A stretch of DNA of 51,839 nt from positions 1-51,839 of the forward strand of contig JALAGF010000255.1 in NCBI GenBank assembly GCA_030167865.1. Reading direction: 5' to 3'. How positions within the stretch are numbered: the first letter of the stretch is position 1; the number at the start of each line of letters is the position of its first letter. The stretch is from Craspedostauros australis (lineage: Eukaryota). Of the stretch, positions 12,801-23,469 are shown one piece after another. The position numbers and the translations under genes are program-made. The notes beneath the pieces are model-generated. The model worked only from the letters and a program-made list of their open reading frames with translations, did no database searches and had not been told where the DNA came from.

Positions 12801-13680
12801 CGACTATTGGAGAGCGTACGAGCACGGAATGGCTTGCGGGGACGTCGATTTTGGGCTGAGGAGCGCGGCGGGCCATTTGCAGGGCTGCTTCTACGCGGGG
12901 AGGCCGCTGGATCAGCTGGACGAGGAGATGGCGAAGATGTCCAACATCATGAAAGACTTCCAGGAGCTGGAGCAGAGGGACTTCCTGAGCGCCAACTGGC
13001 AAGCCGTGCGGAATCTCCGAGGCCTATCCAGCAACGAAACCAAGGTGGTCGGTGAGTTGTTTGACGAAGATGCATTCTCCAAGCGACCGTCGGAGGATGT
13101 CGATGAATTCTCAGCCCTCATGTTCTTGGTGTACCGCCAGATCCTCGCCGTGTTTTTCGGTGACTACGAGCTGGGAGCCAAGACATCACTTGATGTCTTC
13201 GATGAGCAGGTTGACAAGTTCGCTGGGCTCAGCTACCTCCCGATTGGCGCGCGCTATGGAGGCATCTGCTGCTACGTCATGTGCCAAAGGAGCGGGAAGA
13301 CTGCAAAAGCAAAACAGTATCGTAGACATGCTGATCGATGCCGCCAGATGTTGCGAAAGTGGAAGAAGTGGGGAAATCCGAACTGCGACCACGGCCTTGC
13401 CTTCTTGGATGCCGAACGCAAGATGGTGCAATCGAAGTACGATGCTGCCGTTGTCAGGTTCAATGATGCGATCAACTTGTCCAAGGCCATTGGCTTCACC
13501 CACGATCAAGCCTTGGCCAATGAGCGTCTTTCGGAATGCTTTATGAAGATGGGAATGAAGGGCGCTGCGCTATTGGCTCTGGACGAATCGGTGAGACTGT
13601 ATGAAGTCTGGGGTGCGACAAGGAAAGTCCAGAAGTTGAGCTTGAGTTGCGAAAAGATGCGAGTGGCGACACCAAGTTGA
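9835..13680 (+). CDS. STAND-class AAA ATPase with helical/TPR-like C-terminal region (COG3899-like), 1281 aa, intronless
   Basis: LIGRDTE, Walker A GLSGTGKS, SGKFDL..EPY, Walker B LVLVMDDIQWAD, KTGGNVFF, AACLGSTF, FIHDKIQEAA, ALANER and terminal YEVWGATRKV. These match the core of bacterial multi-sensor kinase/ATPase proteins. Confidence 0.85.
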   Translation: MPSSELGKTLTSSWYGSLIPLSDANIKVGIDVTGTNKSNINASLTEESSISYSSFDDHQHGYCFNFERAGLIGRDTEKRVLSNAIDQLLKRQSADAQGDGDGRRSSTRRPSQRQHQSQASSTALGSLKTLCLLSGLSGTGKSALAMHYRQHCLDKFGFSVSGKFDLQQMEEPYAGIKSAMGQLMGQIRALPSDEDTDATTDDPRSLSAFQQAMILGLSPSELRTLHKIIPGLSQVITGNYATHNGKAQDGGSVSDGDSAHFPADEDSMGESASVQYWNARGLVRQSSCTSMASSASGSDGRTLAMGAAGAVTEGYQNISDRIKHASKRFLQIVCKHAPLVLVMDDIQWADKASLDLIQAWTLDSEVSSLMIMGCYRSDHLEHNTMLQNMITTLEESKRERAIRIINISMNDLPLGSIREILIEIILPDNDVDVNGLADIVYRKTGGNVFFMKQFLESLVDQRLLSFDVDGGMKWVWDEGKIIAESSATANIIDLMNQKLHRVDAARHVLPVAACLGSTFSKRKLIVVMRALSIHSDHSAFFRDLLMSSDDSLSSDSSQDPSLAPKRQQPQQGRRQSDPASSSNIRKSLDVCEREGLIEQHNYEYSDQDSRRRQPRGRRKQKEQQQQQQQSFRSMQTKTQLKLAASGNRGDACTFIHDKIQEAALALLPEEKLSELRFRVGDVLLASSTADYMREDEVYATVGLINSRLDLVPTSTQQSARRTRIAMLNAKAGQLAVECAAFSPALGYFKTAIKLLPPDHWKSHFHESLNIYSSAAECAHIIKDSDERNRYCSAILSLDCPILDKVRAYHISTDGLLAEKRAESTAQVIPMILQLLDQLGCKLPKGTFRRSIRFLRGLFKLKRAASKWTLQTFQDKSTPPDATQVAITETLEKLALVAFLIRPELFPFFALETTERTLKYGIMPNSSTALAALAAIVGYFMGDFEASRNISEIALQMTDLPSNQHSKCSAMFTINATCQHWMKPLGSTVDDYWRAYEHGMACGDVDFGLRSAAGHLQGCFYAGRPLDQLDEEMAKMSNIMKDFQELEQRDFLSANWQAVRNLRGLSSNETKVVGELFDEDAFSKRPSEDVDEFSALMFLVYRQILAVFFGDYELGAKTSLDVFDEQVDKFAGLSYLPIGARYGGICCYVMCQRSGKTAKAKQYRRHADRCRQMLRKWKKWGNPNCDHGLAFLDAERKMVQSKYDAAVVRFNDAINLSKAIGFTHDQALANERLSECFMKMGMKGAALLALDESVRLYEVWGATRKVQKLSLSCEKMRVATPS

Positions 13681-13933
13681 ACGACGGGAGTAGAAAAGCG
13701 CCGTGGTAGTGCTGTAGATGAGCAAGTACATATTATATATACATAGAGAGCGATAAATAGCAATGCAGGTTTCGCCTTACTCTCTGGAGGATGATTGTGG
13801 ATGGCATTGTTGACTATCCTGAAGCAGCTTGCGCTCTCTGCCTCGCTCCCAGTCGTCGTTTGTGCACACCTGTTCCGTACAGACGAGCTGGGAGCACCAG
13901 TCTATCCCCGGGTATTCTTCTATTCCATCATTC

Positions 13934-14713
13934 TCAGTCCTGATGCGATCGAGGTGGCGAACGATGCAAGCACGATCTCAGCTTGTGCACTAGATGCTCC
14001 ATGGTCCGGCCGACAACCAAAGCGGCCACCTGCAGGAAGCGGGCGACGAGTTGGCGAGTTGGGTATGCTGTCGCTTGAAAGGAGCTGTGTGCAAGGCTCC
14101 ACTGCGGAGCAAACACGTGCACATCATTCGTTGGCTTTCCAGATGCTGCAGGTTGGATTGATGCTACCGGTTGGACCAAACCGCCAAATCGAGCGTGCAT
14201 TTCTTGTTGCGGATGGCTGTCCATCGTGCCGCTGTGCTGAGATGATCCGACGCATCGAACATCGTTCAATGCATGCGTGAATGCGACGATCCCGTCCAAG
14301 CTGTAGATCCGTCCCTTGAGGTTGTACTTGTCCTTCAGCCGGCGCGCCTCCAGCCCCGACCTGTAACCGATGGTGCAGTACGTCACCACGACCATGGAGT
14401 CAGTGCGCGCTGGCGGGTGTTGCGCATTCTGCGACCCCGGCTGCATCCGCTCGAAATCTTCCAAGGAGATGGCATCGCGAATCATGGACACGGCTCGTTC
14501 GGGCTGTGTGCGAACGTCCACGAGCACCGTCCTGCATGCGATGCTGCCAGCATCATCCGCGGCAGCAGCCTGCGATGGAACACCGTTCCCGTAGTCCCCA
14601 CTCAAGAAGTCGGACGATGACAATGCAGGGACTTCGGAGAACTTGGATTGGTAGAAGCCGCATGCCTTGCGGCACTTCCGAAGCTGCTCTGCGTCGTTGT
14701 CTGGTCCATCCAT
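13934..14713 (-). CDS. Rhodanese-like domain protein
   Basis: LVDVRTQPERAVSMIRDA, active-site loop YCTIGYRS, YSLDGIVAF. ATG in an ACA-ATG-G context. Confidence 0.85.
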   Translation of the reverse strand: MDGPDNDAEQLRKCRKACGFYQSKFSEVPALSSSDFLSGDYGNGVPSQAAAADDAGSIACRTVLVDVRTQPERAVSMIRDAISLEDFERMQPGSQNAQHPPARTDSMVVVTYCTIGYRSGLEARRLKDKYNLKGRIYSLDGIVAFTHALNDVRCVGSSQHSGTMDSHPQQEMHARFGGLVQPVASIQPAASGKPTNDVHVFAPQWSLAHSSFQATAYPTRQLVARFLQVAALVVGRTMEHLVHKLRSCLHRSPPRSHQD

Positions 14714-15103
14714 TGTCGTGGCTTGTTTGTGGTTCCCTGTGTCTGGTGAAGCAACCGGAGGACGACCTCGCGAGCAAATGATCAGTGTGCGGAATCACTG
14801 CCAGCAAAGAGACAAGTGCGGCCAACACCACAGTCCGGATGGGTGTTCTGTTCGTCACTATTTGGCCGTTTGTGATGTGGTGTCACGAATGAAGCAACGA
14901 ATCGTGTCAAGGCGAATCTTCAAGTCGTGATTTGATTAGATCGATTCGTGGTCACGACTCAAATCACCACTTTTTCTTGTGATGCGACAAACGCAACTTC
15001 CGCACAGACGTGAAGCCCTGCGCCCAACAATCCCACAAAACAGACAGTCTCCAAAGTAAAGTGCGAACCAACAAGCACACACATCATACTGACACCACCG
15101 ATC

Positions 15104-15973
15104 ATGGACCAACAGCAGCAACGATTTCTCCAGGACGATGGGACGCCGCCGGCAGGCCCCGGAATCTTCATCATCGTATTCGTCACGATCTTCTTCTTGA
15201 TCTGGAACAGCATTATGGCCATCAATGTCGTAGGCGCCATCTCGGGAGCTTTCCGAGGCAACTTCTCCGGTCTCCTCATCCTTGTTTGTCCGCATTGGCT
15301 GGCGGGTCTCATCATGCCAGTTTTCATATGCGGTATGCTTCTCGGGACCATCGGAACGGCAGTCGCATTGATCGTTCCCATTGGGATTCCGTACACTTGC
15401 GCGATCGTGTACTTCAACTGCGGATTCCACAATTGGCCGGATGCCGACAGCGACAGCGACGACAGCGACGACAATGAACAGCCAGTGGGTCACGTGCCCG
15501 AGAGCGACATCGAAGTCGTGCACAATGCAGATGATATGGACATCGAAATGGCCCAACCCGCAGTGGCGCCATCCGCGCCGTACGAGACTGATCCCATCCT
15601 GGAAAAACTCATTTTGAAAAAGGTCGTGAAGCACCAGCCATTCTCATGGACGACGTCCTTCACGACATCCTTCCGATCGCATCATCCAAAGACGGACATT
15701 GTTGCCTCATCGGTCGCAGAATCGACGATAAAAGACATGGCGCCGCACAAAGACACGGCGCCGAACAAGGACATGGCGCACAACCACATCTGTCAGCAGA
15801 CGCATGAACCATCGGAACGCGTTTGCACCATCTGCCTGGAAGGATACAGCGTGGGCCAGTCCGTGGCATGGTCCAAGAATGAAGAGTGCCATCACGTGTT
15901 CCACACGGATTGCATCGCTTCCTGGCTGCGCAATAGGAATGGCGACTGTCCGGTATGCCGCAGGGCGTACTGA
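15104..15973 (+). CDS. Membrane-anchored RING-H2 E3 ubiquitin ligase-like protein
   Basis: About 3 hydrophobic N-terminal helices. C-terminal CTICLEGY..CHHVFHTDCIASWL..CPVCR (C3H2C3). Confidence 0.9.
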   Translation: MDQQQQRFLQDDGTPPAGPGIFIIVFVTIFFLIWNSIMAINVVGAISGAFRGNFSGLLILVCPHWLAGLIMPVFICGMLLGTIGTAVALIVPIGIPYTCAIVYFNCGFHNWPDADSDSDDSDDNEQPVGHVPESDIEVVHNADDMDIEMAQPAVAPSAPYETDPILEKLILKKVVKHQPFSWTTSFTTSFRSHHPKTDIVASSVAESTIKDMAPHKDTAPNKDMAHNHICQQTHEPSERVCTICLEGYSVGQSVAWSKNEECHHVFHTDCIASWLRNRNGDCPVCRRAY

Positions 15974-16408
15974 TTGGAGGCGTATGAGCATCTGGTGAGG
16001 TGCCCCACCGTACGTCTACGACTACGAGCGTGGCAATTCAAGTTCGTTTTTGAGACGCAAGTGTTCCAGCTGTGGACAGGCACTTGTGGAGGTCGGCAGT
16101 CGATTGCGCAGTTCGTATTGAATGTGGAGCAGAATATTAATGTATATTACAATTTTGATTTGATATGATTCGTTTCGATTCACGTAGAACATGGCGCAGA
16201 GTATTCAAGTTGGTGATATCCCCCTGTCGCTGCGTGGCGATGTGTTGGCCATAGTCGTTGCTTGCGTTGGGATGGAGCCTCGTCGCGGTGGTAGGAGAAG
16301 TCTCATCATGCAATTGTCACCACCATGCGAGCAAGTGCGATGCGATCTGTGCGGTCGCACTTGGTTGCATCCCACTGCGCCATCGCACTGCGCCATCACA
16401 CGGCAGCT

Positions 16409-16861
16409 CTACTCCATCTTTTCCAACATTTTGACGCGATCCAGAATTTCACGCTTCGATGTTTCCTGAATCTCACCCGCCATCATGAACTCGTCGAGCA
16501 TGCCGTAGACCTTGTTGAAGTGAAAGACGATGTCGAGTTCGCAGACGTTGGAGAAGTAAGCATCGAGCAGTTCGACGAAGAGATGGATCGTTTCGAGGTA
16601 GCTCAATTCGTTGTCCTGCACGTCGACGGCGATCGTGAAGAAGAGACCGGCGTAGCGTCGGTAGATGAGCTTGTAGTTGTTGTATTCAATAAAGTTGGTG
16701 TACTTCTTGTCACGCGCCGTAACGAGCCTGTGGACCTCGGCTTCGACGCGGACCTTCTCCGCCTCCACCGTCGTGGCGCTGGACGCGTTGGTGGATGGCG
16801 GGATGTACCATTTGGACAAGCGCGTTTTGCCTTGCCGATTTTGCAGCAGGAAGAATCGGAT
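16409..16861 (-). CDS. AP2S1: AP-2 adaptor complex sigma subunit (main exon; the start codon lies in an upstream micro-exon)
   Basis: [80 protein letters not shown]. Acceptor TTCAG| at 16862 directly precedes Ile2. The candidate first exon ATG|GTAGTT at 17145-17143 is unconfirmed. Confidence 0.9.
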   Translation of the reverse strand: MRFFLLQNRQGKTRLSKWYIPPSTNASSATTVEAEKVRVEAEVHRLVTARDKKYTNFIEYNNYKLIYRRYAGLFFTIAVDVQDNELSYLETIHLFVELLDAYFSNVCELDIVFHFNKVYGMLDEFMMAGEIQETSKREILDRVKMLEKME

Positions 16862-17896
16862 CTGAAGACGAGAGAGAGGGCAAGCAGGCCAATGGATTGT
16901 GCATAATGTGGCATGTGCGGGAGGGGAGTGATCGTGTTGTCGAGTGTGCATAATAGGCAAGACAGCATGTCAGCATCGGTGTGAGTAGCTCGCATGGGTG
17001 TCAGTATCGTCATCTTCATGGTCATGAAAGGCTTCGTTTGTTGGCTGTTTGGTTCTTCGCTTGTCTGTCGCAATGAAGGTCGATGGGAACGAGGCAGGCT
17101 TGGACGGAACCAACCATGGCGTTTGGCGTCGGCCACAACTACCATGCCTACATCCGCAGAGCGAGCTTCAACCATGGTCCTCGCAATGGAAGGCGATCTG
17201 CGGATGTAGTCTGAGCTTCCTTGATCGCCAACATCACAAAAGCACAACGCCTTCCCCGTCATGGCATCTCCGCCCGTCTGGACACCATCAACGCAACTGT
17301 CCCGCCTTCTCCCTTGCTGTCTCGGCCACAGCACCACATCATGACGGCATCATGGAACGATGCAGCCCAACGCACCATTGCGAAATTGGAAGCTGTTCGA
17401 AGGACTGTGATCTATTGTATGATACTTGTACTCCTGTAACTACTATATGCAATAGCTGGTTTGGACACGATCAATGTCGTTGGATGCAAGTGTGGGTCTC
17501 TGTGATGTTCTCCCAGTGTTCTTCTTGCGCTTGCTCCACTGCTGTTGATAGCGATGTTGCGCTGCGGTTTGTGCTGAATGCATGTGTTGGCAATCTTGTT
17601 GCTGAGGACGGTGATTGCTGCGATGACCGCGCTTCGCCGCGAAACACCGTCGCCATGGTCAATTCCAGAAACCGCAGCGCTTTCGTGTCGGTTTGGTGTT
17701 GTTGGCAGCAGCTTCCGTTTGGTAACTCTTCTGACCGATAAAGTCGTTAAATAACGGTTTAGTCTAAACGAAATTAGATAGACCAGAGTCGGTGCGAGAA
17801 ACTGTACTCTGCGCAGTTTTCGCCATTCCGACTGTCGGCACAATGGTGCAACATGCTGCATGCGGGAACACCTTCTCAATGCAATCCATACTAGCT

Positions 17897-19853
17897 TCAC
17901 TCATTGCCGCTGAGTTCATTCATGCGAGCCAAACGCGGAGCCATGAACGTCTGCACGGCGAGGCGCACTTCCTGCGTGGCCGTTTCCCGTTTGCGTTCCG
18001 AATCCCCCTTCCACGCTGTCACGGCCGTCCTGCCTCGTGCCTTGCTGTAGGATTGCGACATCCTTTGCATCGCCGAAATATTGATCTCGTCCTTTGGCAC
18101 GTGAAAATGGTTTGGCAGGACGCTGTCCCACATGATGTCTGGGAGCTGGTTGTAGTTCACGAAACGTCCCTTTCCTTTGCTTGCCGCGCGCTCGTATTCG
18201 GTCAAGGCGGATTCCGCCAGGCCGGCCTGGTGATGCAGTGGGCAGAGGCAGCGACGCGCCGCGAAACATCACGATGAGAGTGCGAGATTGAAAACGAAAG
18301 TGAGAAAGGAAATGAAGCGAATGAAATATACTGCAACACAGATCAACATCAGCTCTATCAACACGCCACGCGGATAGCTATAACGTACCAGATGCGCCGC
18401 ACAGTATTCCTGCTTCGTCAAATCGGACGGTGACGCGCGCTGCGCGCTCTTCACAACCTGAAGCGTCCACTTGGATTGCCTGCCCATGGCCTGATGGGAT
18501 GCGCACTTGACCTGCGCTCTCGCGGATTTGACGCCTCTCCAATATGACTGCATGACCTCAATGGAATCGCGGTAGACGAACACCCACGGCACGTCCGGCA
18601 TCGCCTTCGTGAAAGCGGCGATATGCTGCGTGGAGATGGATTGAAACTTGACGTAGTATCGGTGGTTGGATGACATGGCGTTGGACGCTGCAACCTTCTT
18701 GCGTCCCATCATGTAAAACACATCCTGGATCAGTTGCGCGTGTTTGCCGTCATCGCAACGATGGGCATCGACGCATGCTCGCAACGCATCGATGGGTGGC
18801 CGGCTTTCGGACCAGACGCGTGATTCGGAATAGTCAGGAATGTCCGGTGATTTCTGCGACGTGACCATCAGATTGGATGTCAGAGTGGACCCACAACGTG
18901 ATTGATGAAACACAACGCCAGTTGGTTGCTTCAGGCTGATGGTAGCGTGGCTGTCATCCTCTTCTTTCCCTGCGGTTGCCGCAGCGCCGTTTGCGTGGGA
19001 AGCGTCATGCGCTGATGCCTTCCGCGTCATATCCCACAGATCGACGGTCGTCATGGTTTCATCGCACAGCTCGGATTGGGTCATGAGATCACGGAACATG
19101 GGCACCTCGGAAGGATCATGTGCTTGCAACGACCAATCGATGTAGCAAAACACGCCTTGCACACCCCGGTAGCGCTTGGACATGTCGACATTTCCTGGAT
19201 TTGCAGAAGTATCTCTATCGTGGCGCGTATCTGCGTCGACCGCACCCGGTGGAACATGGAGCTTGACCAGAGTCAGATCGCCTTGCAGAATAGCATCGAC
19301 CTTGTTTCTGTATTTCGTGGGCGTGACAAAAAAGAAAATGGATTGAAGTTGAATCGGCGGCAGATCGATTGGTGGCAGTGTGAGCGGTCGTGTGGAGAAT
19401 GAAACATGGATTCGAACTTTGCAGCGACAAGCGCATGCGTCGGCCATCGAAAATAACCGCCGGCTCGATTTGATAGCGATGCTCCATCCAATGATATGAT
19501 GCACGTGTGCTGCATGCGTTCCGGAATCGCACCGCAGGGAAGTTCCGATCATCAACTCACGCTGGGAGATTGAGAAGGTTCTGGTTCCGCGATTTGCGAT
19601 TGAAGCCGTTGCGTTGGCGACGCTGCGCACGCAAGCGCCCCGGATGCTCGCCGATCAGATCAACCTCCGACATCATGGAAGGCACGACGAAGTTGTGCCA
19701 CATCGTCAACGTCATCAGGATGAAGATGGCGAGGTACATGGCGGTCTTGCTCCAGCTGGCCCACCAAGGACGCCGCGCGAAACCTGCGTCGTTGCTACTC
19801 CTGCCCTTCTTGCGGAGGTATCGAATCTCCTGCTGGATCTGGTTCGTCATCAT
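17897..19853 (-). CDS. Type II membrane sulfotransferase-like (P-loop, PAPS-binding) protein; 3 exons (19853-19561, 19307-18389, 18226-17897)
   Basis: N-terminal TM helix (MYLAIFILMTLTMW). 5'-PSB-like VFHQSRCGSTLTSNL and 3'-PB-like VFVYRDSIEVMQS. Introns GTGAGT..TACAG (19560-19308, phase 2) and GTACGT..CCAG (18388-18227, phase 0) both splice in frame (CAAHL|AGLAESAL). Confidence 0.75.
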
Positions 19854-21183
19854 GGTGGAATCTGTCGTTCAACGATAGAGAACGGTGCCGCTGATAGAGT
19901 CTGATGGGGTTTGGTGCTCTGCTCGTGTTGGATGGACCACAGCGATGCAAGCGATGGTTGCGTTGTGAGTGTGCGCAGTGTCTGATCTCTTCCACGTCTT
20001 GTTTTGCCAATGGCGCCCACCAATGCACGCCTTCCCTTTCTTTGAGCTTCTTTGTCGGCCAACGCAACGCATCCCGCTTTTGATCGTGTGTGTGCAGATC
20101 TTGTTTGCGTCGGTTTGCTTTGCTGTGGTCGACGTTCCGCGGGTCGTTGTGGCCATTCTTGGCGCCAACGCACGGAAATGCGTTCGGATACTATTTTGTG
20201 ATTGGACTGGAATGATTCACCGGACTCCTCAATTGTTAATGTGCTCAAACTGGTCAAAGAAACGAAACGTGATCGACGTGTCTTTTCCGCGATCTTGATT
20301 CCCGGGTTCGTTTCTCTTTTGTCATCACATGGAACAACCTCGCACGTCTCGACGCACGTCTCCACTCCTGGGTTGATCAAGATGTGGTTGATGGATCTCG
20401 AGAGGGAGGCGTTCCGAAGAAGGACAATCTGGAGCAATCGTATCAAATCGAAGGTCGCCACCAACATCCTCATCCTCCTTTGTGACAGAACAAACAACTC
20501 CAAACCATCATGATCAAGAGGCAACGTCTCGCGTTGTGTCGCAAGCAAGCAATCAATCGTGCATGCTGGTGCGGCATCTACTCGCACCACGTACCTCCAG
20601 CATCAGGGTATGCGGAGAAGGAAGGAATGTTGCATTTGCGGCTCATTCGAGACACTTTTCCATGCCGTGTCTGGCAATTGGAGACCGTGAGCTGGCACAC
20701 AGAAGTGTGCCTAATACGAAGTTTGGCATCAACCACGCTGTGATTGACAGCTGGTGCCAAACAAGATACCAGGCAGGGAAGCATACCCACTTCCCTCCGA
20801 ATCGTCTTCACAAAGTTGCATCAAATCCGATCCTTCGATTGTCCCAAATGAGAAATTTGCTGTCGCGGTGTCCCACAGCAAGCCAGGATACGTATGTATG
20901 GTAGTGGAGTGGTTGAAGGTGTCAGGGTTGCGAGCCACCTGATCTCATTCCGGAGTGATCCAGGAAGGGGCTCTCCTCTTGGGCACAGAATCCAAGCGCC
21001 CTCCCCAGATGTTCTGCGCAGGTCCGCAATGGATCCTTGCTGATGGATGAGTTCCCTTTTCTCGTACACCGCAGTATGATCTCTACGTTGCTCATCGAGA
21101 TGGTGTCAGTGATGTTGTATTGTCAGAACACGACAAGAGTACCATCACAGCCTCAACCACCGCGGACGGGAGGTTGAAGCGTG

Positions 21184-21184
<1 letters not shown>

Positions 21185-21214
<30 letters not shown>
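21185..21214. repeat. (CAA)10 microsatellite
   Basis: Directly visible upstream of the SLC13 gene. Confidence 0.95.
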
Positions 21215-21499
21215 CGACAAACGCAAATCGAGAAATGGAGTTGTCCTTCTCACAATTTCAGTTTCGCAGCCCAACCAGGCCACGAAATAACCCAGCACAA
21301 GGACGCACAGCGGAACGCCGTGCATCCAAAAACAGGGTCATCTCCATCCAGACACTCGTCTAAGCACGCATCCTAGCACACACACCATACTGGTACGTAT
21401 ACTATTATACACGCCCTCACAGTAACAGCAACAATAACGATAACAGAAGCGACAACGAATACACACAAACATGACAGAGTGAGCGCAAAGGAAGCAGGC

Positions 21500-23404
21500 A
21501 TGGAGCAAGGATGGGAGGACCATGGTGAAGACGCTGCCGACGATGACGCCAAGGTGATCGAAGAAAACGGCAGCGAGGAGTTCGAGCAAGGTCATGGTGA
21601 ACGTCACCATAATCGCCATCATGTCCATGAACCCCATCGCCGACACCACCCGTACAATCAAGAGCCAGAGCGCACTCTATCCGAGCTCGACGAAGACCTC
21701 GTTGAAGACGAGGAGGATAAGTACAGCCACGTGCGCCACCTCATGTGCGGTGCGGGCATGATCCTAGGCTTCGTCTTTTGCTTCATTGAGCTTGGCGACG
21801 ACCGCAAGATCAACCAAACCCTCGCCATCGCAGTTTGGATGGCAACCCTCTGGTTGACCGAGGTCATCCCTCTCGTCGTCACCGCGTTCCTGCCGATCAT
21901 CCTGTTTCCACTCTTTGGCATCCTGAGCAGCGCCACAGTCACCGCACAGTACGCCAACAACACGATCTTCCTGTTCATCTCCGGCTTCCTCATGGCGCTG
22001 ACCTTGCAGCGATGGAATCTGCACCGCCGGTTCTCCCTCAAGATCCTGTCCTGGTGCGGCGTCAACCCCGGCATCCTGGTCCTTGGCATCATGGGGGCCA
22101 CGTTCATCCTCTCCATGTTCGTGTCAAACACCGCCACAAGTCTCATGATGGTGCCCAACGCCCTGTCCATCTGCAAGGCCCTCGAAGAATCCGGCACAGG
22201 ATCCAACACCCGCGAAAGTCGTCGTTTCTCGACTGCCGTCATGCTGGGCATCGCCTACTCCGCCAACGTCGGTGGCATGGCATCTCTCATCGGCACCCCA
22301 CCTAACCTCGTCTTCCAGAAGCAGCTGGCCGCCATCTTCCCCGATGCGCCCGAAATGACCTTCGCCGTCTGGCTCGGCTTTGGATTCCCCATCGCCTTCA
22401 TCATGCTGCTCGTCATCTGGGGCTACCTGACCTTCACCTACCTTCGCGGTCTGGATATGGCATCCCGCGTCGATCCTGAAATCTTCAAGACCCAGTACAC
22501 TAACCTCGGACCTTGGTCGTACGAGCAGATCGCAGTCACCGTCCTCTTCACTCTCGAGGCCTTCCTGTGGATCTTCCGCAAGGATCTGGAATTCGATGCT
22601 GTCACCATCGAGGGCTGGGCCAACATCTTCTCGGAGCCGAAGCACATCGCCGATGCCACCGTGGGCATGACGATCGCTGTCATCCTCTTCATCGCACCAG
22701 GTCGATCCGCGTACATGGCTGAAGACGCTCCTGGATACGAAAAGGAAGAGACCGAGGAAGAGAAGGCCAAGGCTACAAAGAAGGAAGAAGTGGCCGACGA
22801 CAACGCACCGGCATCGAACGAGCAAGGATCGCAGTCCTCCAATCACCATCACCACCACCCTCGCCATCATCACCCCATGACGACGCTTCTCGATTGGAGG
22901 ACCGCCAACACCATGCCGTACAACATCGTCTTCCTCTTCGGCGGTGGCTTCGCCCTTGCTAAGGGCTTCGTCGACAGCGGTCTGTCCGCTTACTTGGGCG
23001 AGGAGCTCAAGGGGCTCGATTCCTTGTCTACCGCCGGCATCGTGTTCATCGTCATCACCCTCATCATCTGGCTGACAGAGCTCACATCCAACACTGCGAC
23101 CTCGAACATCATGATCCCAATCACTGCCTCTCTCGCCATCGCGCTCGAGACCAATCCGTACACTATCATGATTCCCGTCACCTTGGCATGCAGCTGCGCG
23201 TTCGCTCTGCCAATCGCCACTCCACCCAACATGGTCGTCTTCTCCACCGGACGCTTGCCGTTGCAAGAGATGAAGAAGGCTGGTTTGGTCCTCAATATCA
23301 TCTCCTCTGTCGTCATCCTCGGCTCCGCCTTCACATTCATTCCGTGGGTGACTGGAGAGGACGCGGATGGATTCCCAGATTGGGCCTTCACCCCATCCAC
23401 ATGA
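21500..23404 (+). CDS. SLC13/DASS family Na+-coupled sulfate/dicarboxylate symporter, intronless
   Basis: WLTEVIPLVVTAFLP, WNLHRR, SMFVSNTATSLMMVP, AYSANVGGMASLIGTPPN, LFGGGFALA, TELTSNTAT, SCAFALPIATPPN; many TM helices. First ATG is at 21500. Confidence 0.95.
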   Translation: MEQGWEDHGEDAADDDAKVIEENGSEEFEQGHGERHHNRHHVHEPHRRHHPYNQEPERTLSELDEDLVEDEEDKYSHVRHLMCGAGMILGFVFCFIELGDDRKINQTLAIAVWMATLWLTEVIPLVVTAFLPIILFPLFGILSSATVTAQYANNTIFLFISGFLMALTLQRWNLHRRFSLKILSWCGVNPGILVLGIMGATFILSMFVSNTATSLMMVPNALSICKALEESGTGSNTRESRRFSTAVMLGIAYSANVGGMASLIGTPPNLVFQKQLAAIFPDAPEMTFAVWLGFGFPIAFIMLLVIWGYLTFTYLRGLDMASRVDPEIFKTQYTNLGPWSYEQIAVTVLFTLEAFLWIFRKDLEFDAVTIEGWANIFSEPKHIADATVGMTIAVILFIAPGRSAYMAEDAPGYEKEETEEEKAKATKKEEVADDNAPASNEQGSQSSNHHHHHPRHHHPMTTLLDWRTANTMPYNIVFLFGGGFALAKGFVDSGLSAYLGEELKGLDSLSTAGIVFIVITLIIWLTELTSNTATSNIMIPITASLAIALETNPYTIMIPVTLACSCAFALPIATPPNMVVFSTGRLPLQEMKKAGLVLNIISSVVILGSAFTFIPWVTGEDADGFPDWAFTPST

Positions 23405-23424
23405 AACCGCCTCTGGTGCCAAGA

Positions 23425-23430
23425 AGAGAG

Positions 23431-23461
<31 letters not shown>

Positions 23462-23469
23462 CAGAGAGA
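23425..23469. repeat. Imperfect (GA)n microsatellite in the SLC13 3' flank
   Basis: Directly visible. Confidence 0.9.

Noticed and set aside
14553-14858. Signal-peptide-like ORF upstream of rhodanese
   Set aside because: It starts at GTG, has an in-frame stop shortly upstream and no upstream ATG, and is out of frame with the rhodanese CDS.
22124-23422. 432-aa minus-strand ORF
   Set aside because: Antisense shadow of the SLC13 gene.
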